Part shown: positions 9,220 to 18,280 of the stretch, one piece after another
How the letters are laid out: every line of letters begins with the position of its first letter
Position numbering within the stretch: position 1 is the stretch's first letter
Source: Candidatus Micrarchaeota archaeon
GTDB lineage: Archaea > Micrarchaeota > Micrarchaeia > Anstonellales > Bilamarchaeaceae
NCBI GenBank assembly: GCA_043812915.1
Contig: JBDRLQ010000005.1
Coordinates: 1-58,466 of the forward strand
Direction: 5' to 3'
Length of the DNA stretch: 58,466 bases
Made by a program: the position numbers and the translations under genes
The notes under the pieces: generated by a model
The model's database searches: none
What the model was told of the DNA's origin: nothing
The model's input: only the letters and a program-made list of their open reading frames with translations

Positions 9220-10068
9220 ATGTTAGAGGAAGTGATTTTCGGGCCCGTCACGATGCCGGGCGAGATTTTCCGGCTCCTTATCGCTTTTGCTGGGACTGCA
9301 GTTGCTGCATACTATGATATCTTCAACAAGAGGAATGTCCCGGACAATTACCTCTACGCCTTCCTGGCTGTCGCTTTCCTGATAAACGTCGTTTTCTATG
9401 AGGAGGACCTATTCCTCTTCTCAATGGCTGTCGCACTATTCATCTCCGGGATAGCCTATGTGTTCTACAGGGTGGGGCAGATAGGGGGCGCGGATGTTTT
9501 CGTGATGGCCTCAATCATGCTGCTCCTGCCGATCCAGCCAAGCTTCGTGCAAATCCCGTTCAACATACCATTCTTCTTCCCCGTATGGCTCTTCTCGGGA
9601 ATAGCACTCGCGCTATACGTCATGATAAGCATGGGCTACAAGCTCATCCAGACCGAGGCAAAGCCGGACTGGAAATACGCACTGATGTTCATCCCCTACC
9701 TCCTCTTCGCGTACGTCTTCATCAACTCAATGCTCTTTTCCATAGTGTACTTCGCGTTCGTATCAATCGCCCTTTTCACAACAATCTTCTTCATGATGTT
9801 CAAGCAGGACCTCAACCGCATGCTCGCCGAGGAAATGCCGGTCGGGCAGCTGGAGGCCGAGGATGTCCTGGCCCTTGAGATGATGGACCAGGAAGTTGTG
9901 AAAAAGAACAACATCAACAGGCTAATGACAAAGGATGAGATTTCGAGGCTCAAGGACCTCAAAATAGAGGATGTGTGGGTATTCACGAAGCTGCCGCCAT
10001 TCCTCCCGTTCATCCTGCTCGGCATGGTCCTTGCCATGTTCTTTTCCGGACTGCTCTTCCTGATGTAG
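9220..10068 (+). CDS. A24-family prepilin/pre-archaellin peptidase
   Basis: Polytopic membrane protein with the first catalytic Asp in YYDIFNKRNVPD, the GxGD-type IGGADV motif and C-terminal PPFLPFI. Confidence 0.8.
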   Translation: MLEEVIFGPVTMPGEIFRLLIAFAGTAVAAYYDIFNKRNVPDNYLYAFLAVAFLINVVFYEEDLFLFSMAVALFISGIAYVFYRVGQIGGADVFVMASIMLLLPIQPSFVQIPFNIPFFFPVWLFSGIALALYVMISMGYKLIQTEAKPDWKYALMFIPYLLFAYVFINSMLFSIVYFAFVSIALFTTIFFMMFKQDLNRMLAEEMPVGQLEAEDVLALEMMDQEVVKKNNINRLMTKDEISRLKDLKIEDVWVFTKLPPFLPFILLGMVLAMFFSGLLFLM

Positions 10069-10078
10069 GTGGCGTCTT

Positions 10079-11266
10079 ATGGAAGACCCCACGATGTACC
10101 TCAATTACGCCATAGCCTTTTTCTCGCTCTTCTCAGTGATATTCTTCCTGCTCCTTTACCTGCGGCACAAGGACGAGTATAACCTTCCCCCGGCGCACAC
10201 GGACTGGAGGCCGATGGTGTCAATCGTCATCCCCGCCTATAACGAATCGGAGTACATGCGCGAATCCCTCAAGACCGTTCTTGCCCTCAATTACCCCAAG
10301 GACAAGCTGGAGATAATCGTGGTGGATGACGGCTCCAAGGACAACACCCTTGAAATTGCCAAAAGCTTCGAAAAAGATGGCGTTGTTGCCGTGCGCAAGG
10401 AGAACTCGGGGAAGGGCGCGGCCCTGAATTTCGGAATCAAACGGGCCCGGGGGGAACTCGTCGCCACAATGGACGCGGATTCCTACCTAGCTCCGGACAC
10501 GCTGCTGGATTTGCTGCCCCTCTTCGACGAGGAGCGCGTAGCAGCGGTTACACCTGCGGTGAAAATCCGGCCGAGCGGCAACATTCTCAAGGAAGTGCAG
10601 CGCGTGGAATACCTGATGATCCTTTTCTCCAGGAAGCTTCTGAGCTACATCGACTGCGTGCCTGTGACCCCCGGCCCGTTCAGCATATTCCGGAAAAAAG
10701 TCCTGCTTGATCTTGGGGGATTCGACGAGCACAACCTGGTGGAAGACCAGGAGATCGCCCTTCGCATGCAGGCGAACCACTACAAGATAAGGAGCTCGAT
10801 GACCGCGGAGGTCTACACTGAGCCCCCCGCCAGCTTCGGGGAGTTCCTCACCCAGAGGGTCCGCTGGCAGAGGGGCGGCCTGCGCAACTACTGGAAATAC
10901 AGGTTCCTGATCAAGCCGGAATACGGAGACTTCGGGATGTTTTTTGTCCCGCTCAACTATATGACGATAATCGCATTCTTCCTGCTCCTTGGCCTGTTCA
11001 TCTACTATTCGGTCAGCATGCCGTATTATGTAAGATACATATTCATCGAGTCCCTGGGGCTTAGCATCGGCCTGTTCACGATAATAGGATTCTTCGTCTT
11101 GGCAGTTACGGCTTTCTGGCTCTATGTCACGGTCAGAAGCTTCGGCAATGAGAAAGTCAAGGCCCGCTATGTCGCCCTGTTCATGATTCTCTACTGGTAC
11201 TTCATGGTGTGCTACAACGTGCTCACGCTCTGGAAGGAGCTGAGGCGCGAGAAGACCGCCTGGTGA
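10079..11266 (+). CDS. Processive GT2 glycosyltransferase (cellulose synthase/PgaC-like)
   Basis: IPAYNE, VDDGSKD, GKGAALN, DAD, VEDQE and QRVRW (QxxRW) motifs, plus TM helices. Confidence 0.92.
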   Translation: MEDPTMYLNYAIAFFSLFSVIFFLLLYLRHKDEYNLPPAHTDWRPMVSIVIPAYNESEYMRESLKTVLALNYPKDKLEIIVVDDGSKDNTLEIAKSFEKDGVVAVRKENSGKGAALNFGIKRARGELVATMDADSYLAPDTLLDLLPLFDEERVAAVTPAVKIRPSGNILKEVQRVEYLMILFSRKLLSYIDCVPVTPGPFSIFRKKVLLDLGGFDEHNLVEDQEIALRMQANHYKIRSSMTAEVYTEPPASFGEFLTQRVRWQRGGLRNYWKYRFLIKPEYGDFGMFFVPLNYMTIIAFFLLLGLFIYYSVSMPYYVRYIFIESLGLSIGLFTIIGFFVLAVTAFWLYVTVRSFGNEKVKARYVALFMILYWYFMVCYNVLTLWKELRREKTAW

Positions 11267-11298
11267 GATATAAAAACATTGCACATGAAAGTGGGATT

Positions 11299-11955
11299 AT
11301 GGAAAAAAGGAAAGTCTCATACCCTCTTTATCTGACCGCGTTCCTGCTCTCGGCGGCGGTGTTCGCAATCGGCGTGTTCGTCGGAATGCTGTTCGACAAC
11401 TCCGCCCTTGCGGGCCTCAATGAGCGTGTCGCGACCCTTTCGCAGCGCTCGACTTCTGTGCAGCTGCTCCTGCTGATGGAGGGGAATTCCAGCGCGTACT
11501 GCCCGGTCTTCCGCTCAGAGCTGATGGCGATTGACGGGGACATCGAGAGGATAGGGTATGAGCTAACTTTCATGGAGGAGAAGAAGCAGGCATATGACCT
11601 GGAGCTCAAGAGGCAGTACTTCCTTCTTGAGGCAGGCTCATACGAGCTTGCCAAGAAAGTCGGGGAGCTGTGCGGCAATGAGGAGCACCTTCTCCTGTAT
11701 TTCTATTCCAACAAGGACTGCGGCAGCTGCATGAAGCAGGGCGAGGAAATCCTGAATGCAAGGAACTCCCTTGAGGATGGCGGCGCAATGCTTCGCATCT
11801 ATTCATTTGACGGGGAGATTGAGAGCCCTGTCGCCGAAGCCCTAATGGCCAAATACGGGATCACCGAATACCCGAGCGTAGTGGTCGATGGCACCCTGCA
11901 CTCGGGCTATGCGGACATGCAGGCGCTCCTGGGGCTTGTGCAGGATGAAGGTTGA
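11299..11955 (+). CDS. Membrane-anchored protein with C-terminal thioredoxin-like fold
   Basis: N-terminal TM helix; YFYSNKDCGSC (CxxC) and YGITEYPSVVVDG cis-Pro-like loop. Confidence 0.65.
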   Translation: MEKRKVSYPLYLTAFLLSAAVFAIGVFVGMLFDNSALAGLNERVATLSQRSTSVQLLLLMEGNSSAYCPVFRSELMAIDGDIERIGYELTFMEEKKQAYDLELKRQYFLLEAGSYELAKKVGELCGNEEHLLLYFYSNKDCGSCMKQGEEILNARNSLEDGGAMLRIYSFDGEIESPVAEALMAKYGITEYPSVVVDGTLHSGYADMQALLGLVQDEG

Positions 11956-12199
11956 GGTATCCGTCGTCCCGGGATCAGGCTCATTCAGGATTGCCAAAGG
12001 CAAAGGCGGGAAGCTTAAGATTTTCCTCAAAAGCCAGCCCGAGGGCAACAAGGCAAATATCGAGTTAATAAAGAAGCTTTCCAGGGCGCTCAAATGCGAA
12101 GTGCGCCTGCTCTTTGGCATGCGCTCGAAAAACAAGACGCTTGAGCTTGGCATTGACGAGGATAAATGGGCGTCTTTCGTCGAAGCGATTGAAGAATAG
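11945..12199 (+). CDS. DUF167/YggU family protein
   Basis: V.VVPGS...LKSQPEGNKANIELIKKLS...LLFGMRSKNK pattern typical of UPF0235. Confidence 0.82.
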   Translation: MKVEVSVVPGSGSFRIAKGKGGKLKIFLKSQPEGNKANIELIKKLSRALKCEVRLLFGMRSKNKTLELGIDEDKWASFVEAIEE

Positions 12200-12241
12200 G
12201 ATTAAAAATGTCCTGTGCATCTTCATAGGCAGGTGAATTAT

Positions 12242-12802
12242 ATGATTGGGCTTGAATGTATTGCACTCATATTGCTGGGCATCGCGTTTGTTATCGTGGT
12301 CTTCGTTGTGATGACCTACAACCGCCTGGTCCAGCTCCGGAACAGGGTCGAGAACGCCTGGTCGCAGATTGACGTCCAGCTGAAGAGGAGATACGACCTT
12401 ATCCCGAACCTTGTCGAGACCGTCAAGGGATACGCGAAGCACGAGAAGGACACCCTTACCGATGTCACAAAGTACCGTGCGCAGCTTGTCACCGGCAGCG
12501 TGGAAGACCGCGCCAAGGCGAACAACATGCTCACCCAGGCCCTGAAAAGCCTGTTCGCAGTGTCCGAGAACTACCCCGACCTGAAGGCCAATGAGAACTT
12601 CAAGATGCTCCAGGAAGAGCTTGCCGGGACAGAGAACAAGATTGCCTACATCAGGACGGCCTACAACGACTCGGTCCTTATGTACGACAACTCCCTCGAG
12701 ATGTTCCCGAGCAACGTCATCGCTGGCTTATTCGGCTTCAAGCCGAAGCCTTACTTCGAGGCTCCTGAAGGCGAGAAGGCCGCCGTGAAGGTTAAGTTCT
12801 GA
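12242..12802 (+). CDS. lemA: LemA family protein
   Basis: [41 protein letters not shown] and [12 protein letters not shown] motifs; AGGTGA RBS. Confidence 0.95.
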   Translation: MIGLECIALILLGIAFVIVVFVVMTYNRLVQLRNRVENAWSQIDVQLKRRYDLIPNLVETVKGYAKHEKDTLTDVTKYRAQLVTGSVEDRAKANNMLTQALKSLFAVSENYPDLKANENFKMLQEELAGTENKIAYIRTAYNDSVLMYDNSLEMFPSNVIAGLFGFKPKPYFEAPEGEKAAVKVKF

Positions 12803-12818
12803 AGAGAAGGTAGGACGG

Positions 12819-13715
12819 ATGGAGGATCCCGGCAGGCGCATCAGCTTCTTTGATGCGATAGATGCGAACAAAAGGAACTCAGTAATACTGATAATCCTGA
12901 TATCGCTCATATACGCAGGGGCGATATTCGCATTCTCCTATCTTATAGGAATGGATCCTATCATCACCTCGATACTCGGATTCTTCATCCTCATCTTCTA
13001 CGCGTTCATCTCCTTCTACGCGGGCGACCGCGTGATACTGGCGTTGGCTGGCGCGAAGGAAGTTCAGAAGAAGGAGTATCCGTTTCTTTACAATGTTGTG
13101 GAGGGCCTCGCGCTGGCCTCCCAGATACCCATGCCCAAAGTGTATGTGGTTGAGGATCCTGCCCCAAACGCCTTTGCCACCGGCAGGGACCCTGCGCACG
13201 CGTCCGTCGCGGTCACAACCGGCCTTCTCGAGATGATGAGCCGGGAGGAGCTCGAAGGGGTAATCGCCCATGAGATTTCACACATAGGGAACTTCGATAT
13301 CCGCTTCATGATGGTGGCAATCGTCTTCATAGGCGCAATCGGGCTTCTGGCGAACATCGGCTCCAGGATGTTCCTCTGGGGCGGCGGAAGGGGCAGGGGC
13401 CGCGGGGGCAGCATACTTTCGGTGGTCGCCCTCCTGTTCCTTGTTCTCGCGCCCATATTCGCCTTCATCGTGCACATGGCAATCTCAAGGCAGAGGGAAT
13501 ACCTTGCGGACGCAACGGCCGCAAAGCTGACGAGGTATCCGGAAGGGCTGGCAAGCGCGCTTGAGAAGATTTCAAAGGCCGGGATGAATACAAAGAACGC
13601 GAATGACACGACCGCGTCATTGTACATCGCCAACCCATTCCCCAGAAAAGCTTTCTCGCTAGGGGCAACCCACCCTGCCATAGACAAGCGGGTGAGCCGC
13701 CTCCGGAGCATGTGA
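12819..13715 (+). CDS. htpX: M48 zinc metalloprotease HtpX
   Basis: PNAFATGRDP, HEISH (HExxH), SRQREYLAD, THP motifs; typical lemA-htpX pairing. Confidence 0.92.
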   Translation: MEDPGRRISFFDAIDANKRNSVILIILISLIYAGAIFAFSYLIGMDPIITSILGFFILIFYAFISFYAGDRVILALAGAKEVQKKEYPFLYNVVEGLALASQIPMPKVYVVEDPAPNAFATGRDPAHASVAVTTGLLEMMSREELEGVIAHEISHIGNFDIRFMMVAIVFIGAIGLLANIGSRMFLWGGGRGRGRGGSILSVVALLFLVLAPIFAFIVHMAISRQREYLADATAAKLTRYPEGLASALEKISKAGMNTKNANDTTASLYIANPFPRKAFSLGATHPAIDKRVSRLRSM

Positions 13716-13735
13716 TCTTGGGCTGGACACTAGCC

Positions 13736-13784
13736 TTTAAATACCTCTTTGTTTATTCATAATCCATTCTTTTGCTAGAGGTGA
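13736..13784 (+). promoter_or_regulatory. TATA box (TTTAAATA) and RBS (GAGGTGA) of psmA
   Basis: TTTAAATA at 13736-13743; GAGGTGA at 13778-13784, 7 nt before ATG. Confidence 0.6.
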
Positions 13785-13791
13785 AAATAAC

Positions 13792-14511
13792 ATGTATGGA
13801 GTATCCCCCCAGGCGTATGATAGGGCAATCACTGTTTTCAGTCCGGACGGAAGGCTTTTCCAGGTAGAGTATGCCAAGGAGGCGGTAAAAAGAGGAGCGA
13901 CCGCAATCGGCGTGACCGCCAAGGACGGTGTCGCCCTGGTCGCCTTCAAGAGCATCCACTCGAAGCTGGTAATCCCCGATTCACTCAAGAAGATATTCGA
14001 GGTGGACCACCACATCTGCGTAACCGCGAGCGGGCTTATAGCCGACGCGCGCAGGCTTGTGGAGGTTGCCAGGGTGGACGCGCAGCGCCACAGGATTACA
14101 TACAATGAGCCTCCGACCGTTGACACAATCGCAAGGAGCGTCTGCGACCTCATGCAGGTGTACACGCAGTACGGCGGAATAAGGCCATTCGGCGTTTCGC
14201 TTCTTATCGCTGGCGCTGACCACCGGCCCAGGCTTTTCGAGGCCGAGCCGAGCGGCGCCATGACTGCCTACAAGGCAGATTCAATAGGCGCGAACAAGAA
14301 GGAAGTGGATGATATCCTCGAGGCGAACTACAAGGAGACAATTGACCTCGATGATGCGGTGAAGCTCGCGGTGACAGCGCTTCGCGAGACCAACGAGGAG
14401 AAGCTGCAGCCTGAGAACATCGAGATTTCTCTTGTGCCAATGAGGACCAAGAAGTGCCACACGCTCAGCGACAAGGAAGTTGCCAAGCACCTGACAAAGC
14501 ACAAGGCTTAA
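13792..14511 (+). CDS. psmA: Proteasome subunit alpha
   Basis: YDRAITVFSPDGRLFQVEYA alpha-subunit signature; YTQYGGIRPFGVSLL. Confidence 0.97.
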   Translation: MYGVSPQAYDRAITVFSPDGRLFQVEYAKEAVKRGATAIGVTAKDGVALVAFKSIHSKLVIPDSLKKIFEVDHHICVTASGLIADARRLVEVARVDAQRHRITYNEPPTVDTIARSVCDLMQVYTQYGGIRPFGVSLLIAGADHRPRLFEAEPSGAMTAYKADSIGANKKEVDDILEANYKETIDLDDAVKLAVTALRETNEEKLQPENIEISLVPMRTKKCHTLSDKEVAKHLTKHKA

Positions 14512-14813
14512 TTTTTCTTTTTTGGCCGGGCCGGGCGCATGCAAGATGATGCCCGCCCTCCAAGGAGCATATTTGCTCCTCGGCCCGTTTGCCAAAGAAA
14601 TGGTTTAGCAGCTCATCCTGGAATTCGGGATGGACGTGCTTGTGCAGCTGAGAATGGTTTCTATCCCATCCTCGCTCACCATTACTTCGCAGCAGTTGCT
14701 TCCATTGCATATTGTTTTGTATTGCGTCATTCAAATCACCGTATACTCCAAACCAGCCGCTTTATAATAAATCTCGTTTTAATAGTAAAAATACGTTTTT
14801 AGAGGTTTTAATC

Positions 14814-15461
14814 ATGAAAAAGAGGATAGTAATCGCCCCGGTCAACAACGAGTCCGAGGAAAAGGTGCTTTTGGCTTCACTTAAGGATTTCCCGACCGAA
14901 AGGGTAATCCTGCTCACTTCCCCGGAAGGCATCGTGAAGGCGGAGGGTTTTGTCGGGATGCTGGATGTCCTTGGAATCCCGGGCACAATCGTGAGGGTTC
15001 AGCCCACCAAGAATCCCTGGGAGGACTACTTCGTCGCGTTCGCAGAGGTCCTCGAAGGCCTTGAGAAGGACCGTGTCCTTGTCAATATCGCGACCGCTGA
15101 CCGCATCTCCCAGTGCGCCCTGACAAACGCGGCGCATGTAAACGGAATCCGCGCGATAGCCGTAATCAACGGGGAAATCGTCATGCTGCCAATACTCAAG
15201 CTCTCCTTCACATCCATCCTCTCCCCGAAGAAAATCCGGATGCTTCGCGAGCTCCAGAAGAGCAGCTGCTTCGCTTCTATCGAGGATTTGTCAAAGAGCA
15301 CTGGCATGTCCCTGCAGCTTGCCTCCTATCACATCCATGGCAATGAGAAGTCGGATGGCCTGGTTCAGCTGGAGCTTGTGGATATTGATGAAGGGCGGGG
15401 CAAGACGCGCGTGTGCCTCAGCACGATGGGCAGGCTTTTTATGAAAGGGTATCTCGGCTAG
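14814..15461 (+). CDS. Rossmann (CARF-like/DUF6293-type) plus winged-HTH putative transcriptional regulator
   Basis: N-terminal IAPV...RVILLT...VLVNIATADR alternating beta/alpha pattern; C-terminal SIEDLSKSTGMSLQLASYHI...LVQLELV...LSTMGR wHTH; GAGGT RBS before ATG 14814. Confidence 0.65.
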   Translation: MKKRIVIAPVNNESEEKVLLASLKDFPTERVILLTSPEGIVKAEGFVGMLDVLGIPGTIVRVQPTKNPWEDYFVAFAEVLEGLEKDRVLVNIATADRISQCALTNAAHVNGIRAIAVINGEIVMLPILKLSFTSILSPKKIRMLRELQKSSCFASIEDLSKSTGMSLQLASYHIHGNEKSDGLVQLELVDIDEGRGKTRVCLSTMGRLFMKGYLG

Positions 15462-16138
15462 GCTTTCACGATAGTTCCGCCGTGCGGCTTCCCGTCAATT
15501 GCTTTCTCCAAATCCTTCAGGTTCTTTCCAGAGACGAAATGCGTCTCTATTCCTGACCTTTGAATCAGCTTGCAGGCAAGCATGTCGAAGACGAAATGCG
15601 TCCCTGCTTTTCTCATGTCGCTCTTTGCGGCAAGCATGTTCAGCTCTTCATAAGTTAATTTCGAGAATTTTTTCGCATTCTTGTTCACTTTAGGGTCGCT
15701 GTCATAAATGGCATCCACATTGCTGACATTGACAAGGCGCGGGGCCTCCATGGCCTCTGCAAGAAGGACAGAATCGGTATCGGTTGTGATTCCAGGAATT
15801 GTTCCTCCCATCACAACTACCTTGTGGTGCTCTGCGACTGCTCTTGCCTCTTCGAAATCATCCAGGACATTCTGGTATGCGAGCCCTTTGAGGGCATACC
15901 TCATTATGTGCGCATTCTTCTTTGTGGAAAGGATGGCAACGGCATCTGCCTCGAACTCGTTTGCCCCCAGTTCCCGTGCGGCATCTGCATATATCCTGGC
16001 AGTATTCCCGCCTCCTGTTACAATTCCGAATGTGTGCTTGCTTTTCTTCAGGATTGCGGCAATCTTTTTCAGGAACTCTATGTCCGGTTTTCCATTATGG
16101 CTCATGGTGCTTCCGCCAACTGAGAGTACGACATGCAT
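15458..16138 (-). CDS. pyrH: UMP kinase (archaeal type)
   Basis: VLSVGGS, VTGGGNTAR.Y, MGGTIPGITTD, SNVDAIYDSDPK, HGGTIV. Confidence 0.92.
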   Translation of the reverse strand: MHVVLSVGGSTMSHNGKPDIEFLKKIAAILKKSKHTFGIVTGGGNTARIYADAARELGANEFEADAVAILSTKKNAHIMRYALKGLAYQNVLDDFEEARAVAEHHKVVVMGGTIPGITTDTDSVLLAEAMEAPRLVNVSNVDAIYDSDPKVNKNAKKFSKLTYEELNMLAAKSDMRKAGTHFVFDMLACKLIQRSGIETHFVSGKNLKDLEKAIDGKPHGGTIVKA

Positions 16139-16259
16139 AGTATAACCTCGCATATGCACTCGAAGATTAGTTTTATAACTGCGCACTTCTCTTAATCACG
16201 TTTATAAACCTAATGAAACATATAAATTCTGTTATTAATAATTGTATTGGGTGGCTTAT

Positions 16260-17573
16260 TTGGAAGAACGGAAACTGGCAAAAGGAAAAGTAGAAGAAGG
16301 ATTTCAGAAGGAATGCAAGAAGCCCGGGCGTGTCGCAAGGGCTTTCAGAAAGGCTGTTGTTGCAACATCCCTTCTCGCTTCAACGGTATTCGGCTCTGCA
16401 TGCGGAGGCAGGCATGAGAGGCCAATTGATGATGCCCCCCCGGCCCCCGCATGCTTTGTTCCGGAGAGTGAGCTCGCATGCGATGCTGAGGCTTCCGGCG
16501 GAGTGGGCCTTGGGCAGGATATGAACCATGCCGTAACCGCGGGAAACATCGGAGTTGAGCTGGTGTCAATCGGAAATGATGCCGGAATCGGCAATATCCG
16601 TGTGAGGCTTGTTGATTCAGAATGCAATCCTCTCTCAGATGAGTTCAGGCTGAATGAGCGCGAGAGCCAGATGTTTACTATTCCGAATCCTGACAACCCT
16701 GCCGAGCTTGTCACTCTCGAGGTTTCCGCTCCGATAATTGCCTATGAGCATCGTGTTGCCATTCTGGATGTTAGGAGGATATGCCCTGAGCCAGAGCCCG
16801 AACCTGAGCCAGAGCCCGAAGTGTGCTCTCTTCCAGAGAGCGTTCCAATGGTGGAGTGCAGCGACTATATGGCAGGGACAATCCCTGCAGGTGCGTTCCT
16901 TTTAATCGGAGGGGGGCGGGCAGTCCGCTTCGAAGGAGTGGAAATCCATGGAGACGGCCCGGAAGTAATCCTGGGTGTTGTGGATGAGGGCTGCGAGAAC
17001 CTGCAGAGGGAGGCAGTTAGCGAGGGAATCCGCGAGATAAATATCCCGAATCCCGAGAATCCAGAAGAACTAATCACTCTTGAGATTGATGTGAGAATCA
17101 CTTCTGAAATTCCCGAGGATGCTGAAGTTGGCACATTCTTTGACGATGCCCAGGTGCACCTAGAAGTTCGGAGGGTCTGTGGATATGAGTGCCCATCAGA
17201 GGTCACAACCCGGGATATCCACTGTGATGAGGTCTTTGGAGCCCTGCTCCTTCCAGGGCAGTTCGTCCAGGTGGACAGAACAGTTTTCAGATTCACCGGC
17301 TCGAACCCAAGGACTCACGATGGCGAGGATGAGCCTATCATGCATCCTGTTATCAGGACCGAGACGATGGATGATGAGTGCCAGATGCCTCTTGAAATGA
17401 CCCAGCTTTCCCCCCCTGGCGAGGGTGGGATTTCCTACAGATGCATCGGCGCAACCGGAAGGGAAGATGGCTCACAAACATGCATCGGCGCAGAAGCGGT
17501 CACCACTTTCCGCAGCTGGAGCGATGGGTATGATTGGGTCGATTTGAGGATTACCCGCGAGTGTTCCGAGTGA
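16260..17573 (+). CDS. Putative secreted/lipoprotein with three Cys-bracketed repeat domains
   Basis: Basic N-region, hydrophobic stretch and lipobox-like GSAC; acidic body with internal repeats (IPNPDNPAELVTLEV / IPNPENPEELITLEI). Start uncertain (16242 or 16260). Confidence 0.7.
   Translation: MEERKLAKGKVEEGFQKECKKPGRVARAFRKAVVATSLLASTVFGSACGGRHERPIDDAPPAPACFVPESELACDAEASGGVGLGQDMNHAVTAGNIGVELVSIGNDAGIGNIRVRLVDSECNPLSDEFRLNERESQMFTIPNPDNPAELVTLEVSAPIIAYEHRVAILDVRRICPEPEPEPEPEPEVCSLPESVPMVECSDYMAGTIPAGAFLLIGGGRAVRFEGVEIHGDGPEVILGVVDEGCENLQREAVSEGIREINIPNPENPEELITLEIDVRITSEIPEDAEVGTFFDDAQVHLEVRRVCGYECPSEVTTRDIHCDEVFGALLLPGQFVQVDRTVFRFTGSNPRTHDGEDEPIMHPVIRTETMDDECQMPLEMTQLSPPGEGGISYRCIGATGREDGSQTCIGAEAVTTFRSWSDGYDWVDLRITRECSE
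16785..16820 (+). repeat. Tandem 18-bp repeat encoding a (PE)6 linker
   Basis: CCTGAGCCAGAGCCCGAA present twice in tandem. Confidence 0.9.
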
Positions 17574-17630
17574 GCAATCCGAACTACCTCCTTTTTATTC
17601 TTTTATTTTGTTGTTATTTCCGGTGATTTC

Positions 17631-18188
17631 TTGACTATTAACCTTGGAATTGATTCCATAGAGAAAAAGCTCTCTGCAAAGGAAGAGAAGCTGGATAAAG
17701 TACTAGCATCAAATCGGCAGGTCGTGCGCCACTGCTCCAACGCGATAAAGGCGCTGCACGCGCACAACATGAAGGATGCAAAAGCCCATATAACGGACGC
17801 GGAAGCGCTTCTGTCGGAAATCAGGGCGTATGAGGACGACTTCCCGTCGCAGATAAACCACGTGCTCCAGGAGTATGCCGAGGCGCGCATCGTCCTTCTG
17901 GCGGTGGAGGGCAAGAAGATTCCCAGTTACGCTCAACTGAAGGTCGGAGAGATCTCATATCTCAACGGCCTGCTGGATTCTGTCGGCGAATTGAAGAGGG
18001 AGATGTACGAGTGCCTCCGCCACAGGAAGAAGGAGGAGGCGGAGCAGTACTTCGAGATGATGGAAGCGATTTACGACGCTTTGCTCTCATTGCGCTTCTC
18101 GAACGCAATCCTCCCGGAATTCCGGAGGAAGCAGGATGTGGCGAGAATGCAGATAGAGCAGGCCAGGGGGGAGCTTCTCCGGGCATAG
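17631..18188 (+). CDS. Translin/TRAX-family protein
   Basis: QEYAEA, YLNGLLDSVGELKR and FRRKQDVAR motifs of archaeal translin; TTG start. Confidence 0.85.
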   Translation: MTINLGIDSIEKKLSAKEEKLDKVLASNRQVVRHCSNAIKALHAHNMKDAKAHITDAEALLSEIRAYEDDFPSQINHVLQEYAEARIVLLAVEGKKIPSYAQLKVGEISYLNGLLDSVGELKREMYECLRHRKKEEAEQYFEMMEAIYDALLSLRFSNAILPEFRRKQDVARMQIEQARGELLRA

Positions 18189-18280
18189 GGAAACCTATAA
18201 AAAGTCTATGTTGTAAAAAGTAGTTATTATTGAAAGTACAGGCGACGAAAACTGAAGTTTCAATATCAGGAGATGCTATC

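Noticed and set aside
16260..16290. EERKLAKG as a fifth copy of the leader motif
   Set aside because: It lacks the Ser, Trp and second Arg, and this protein has a conventional lipoprotein-like signal.
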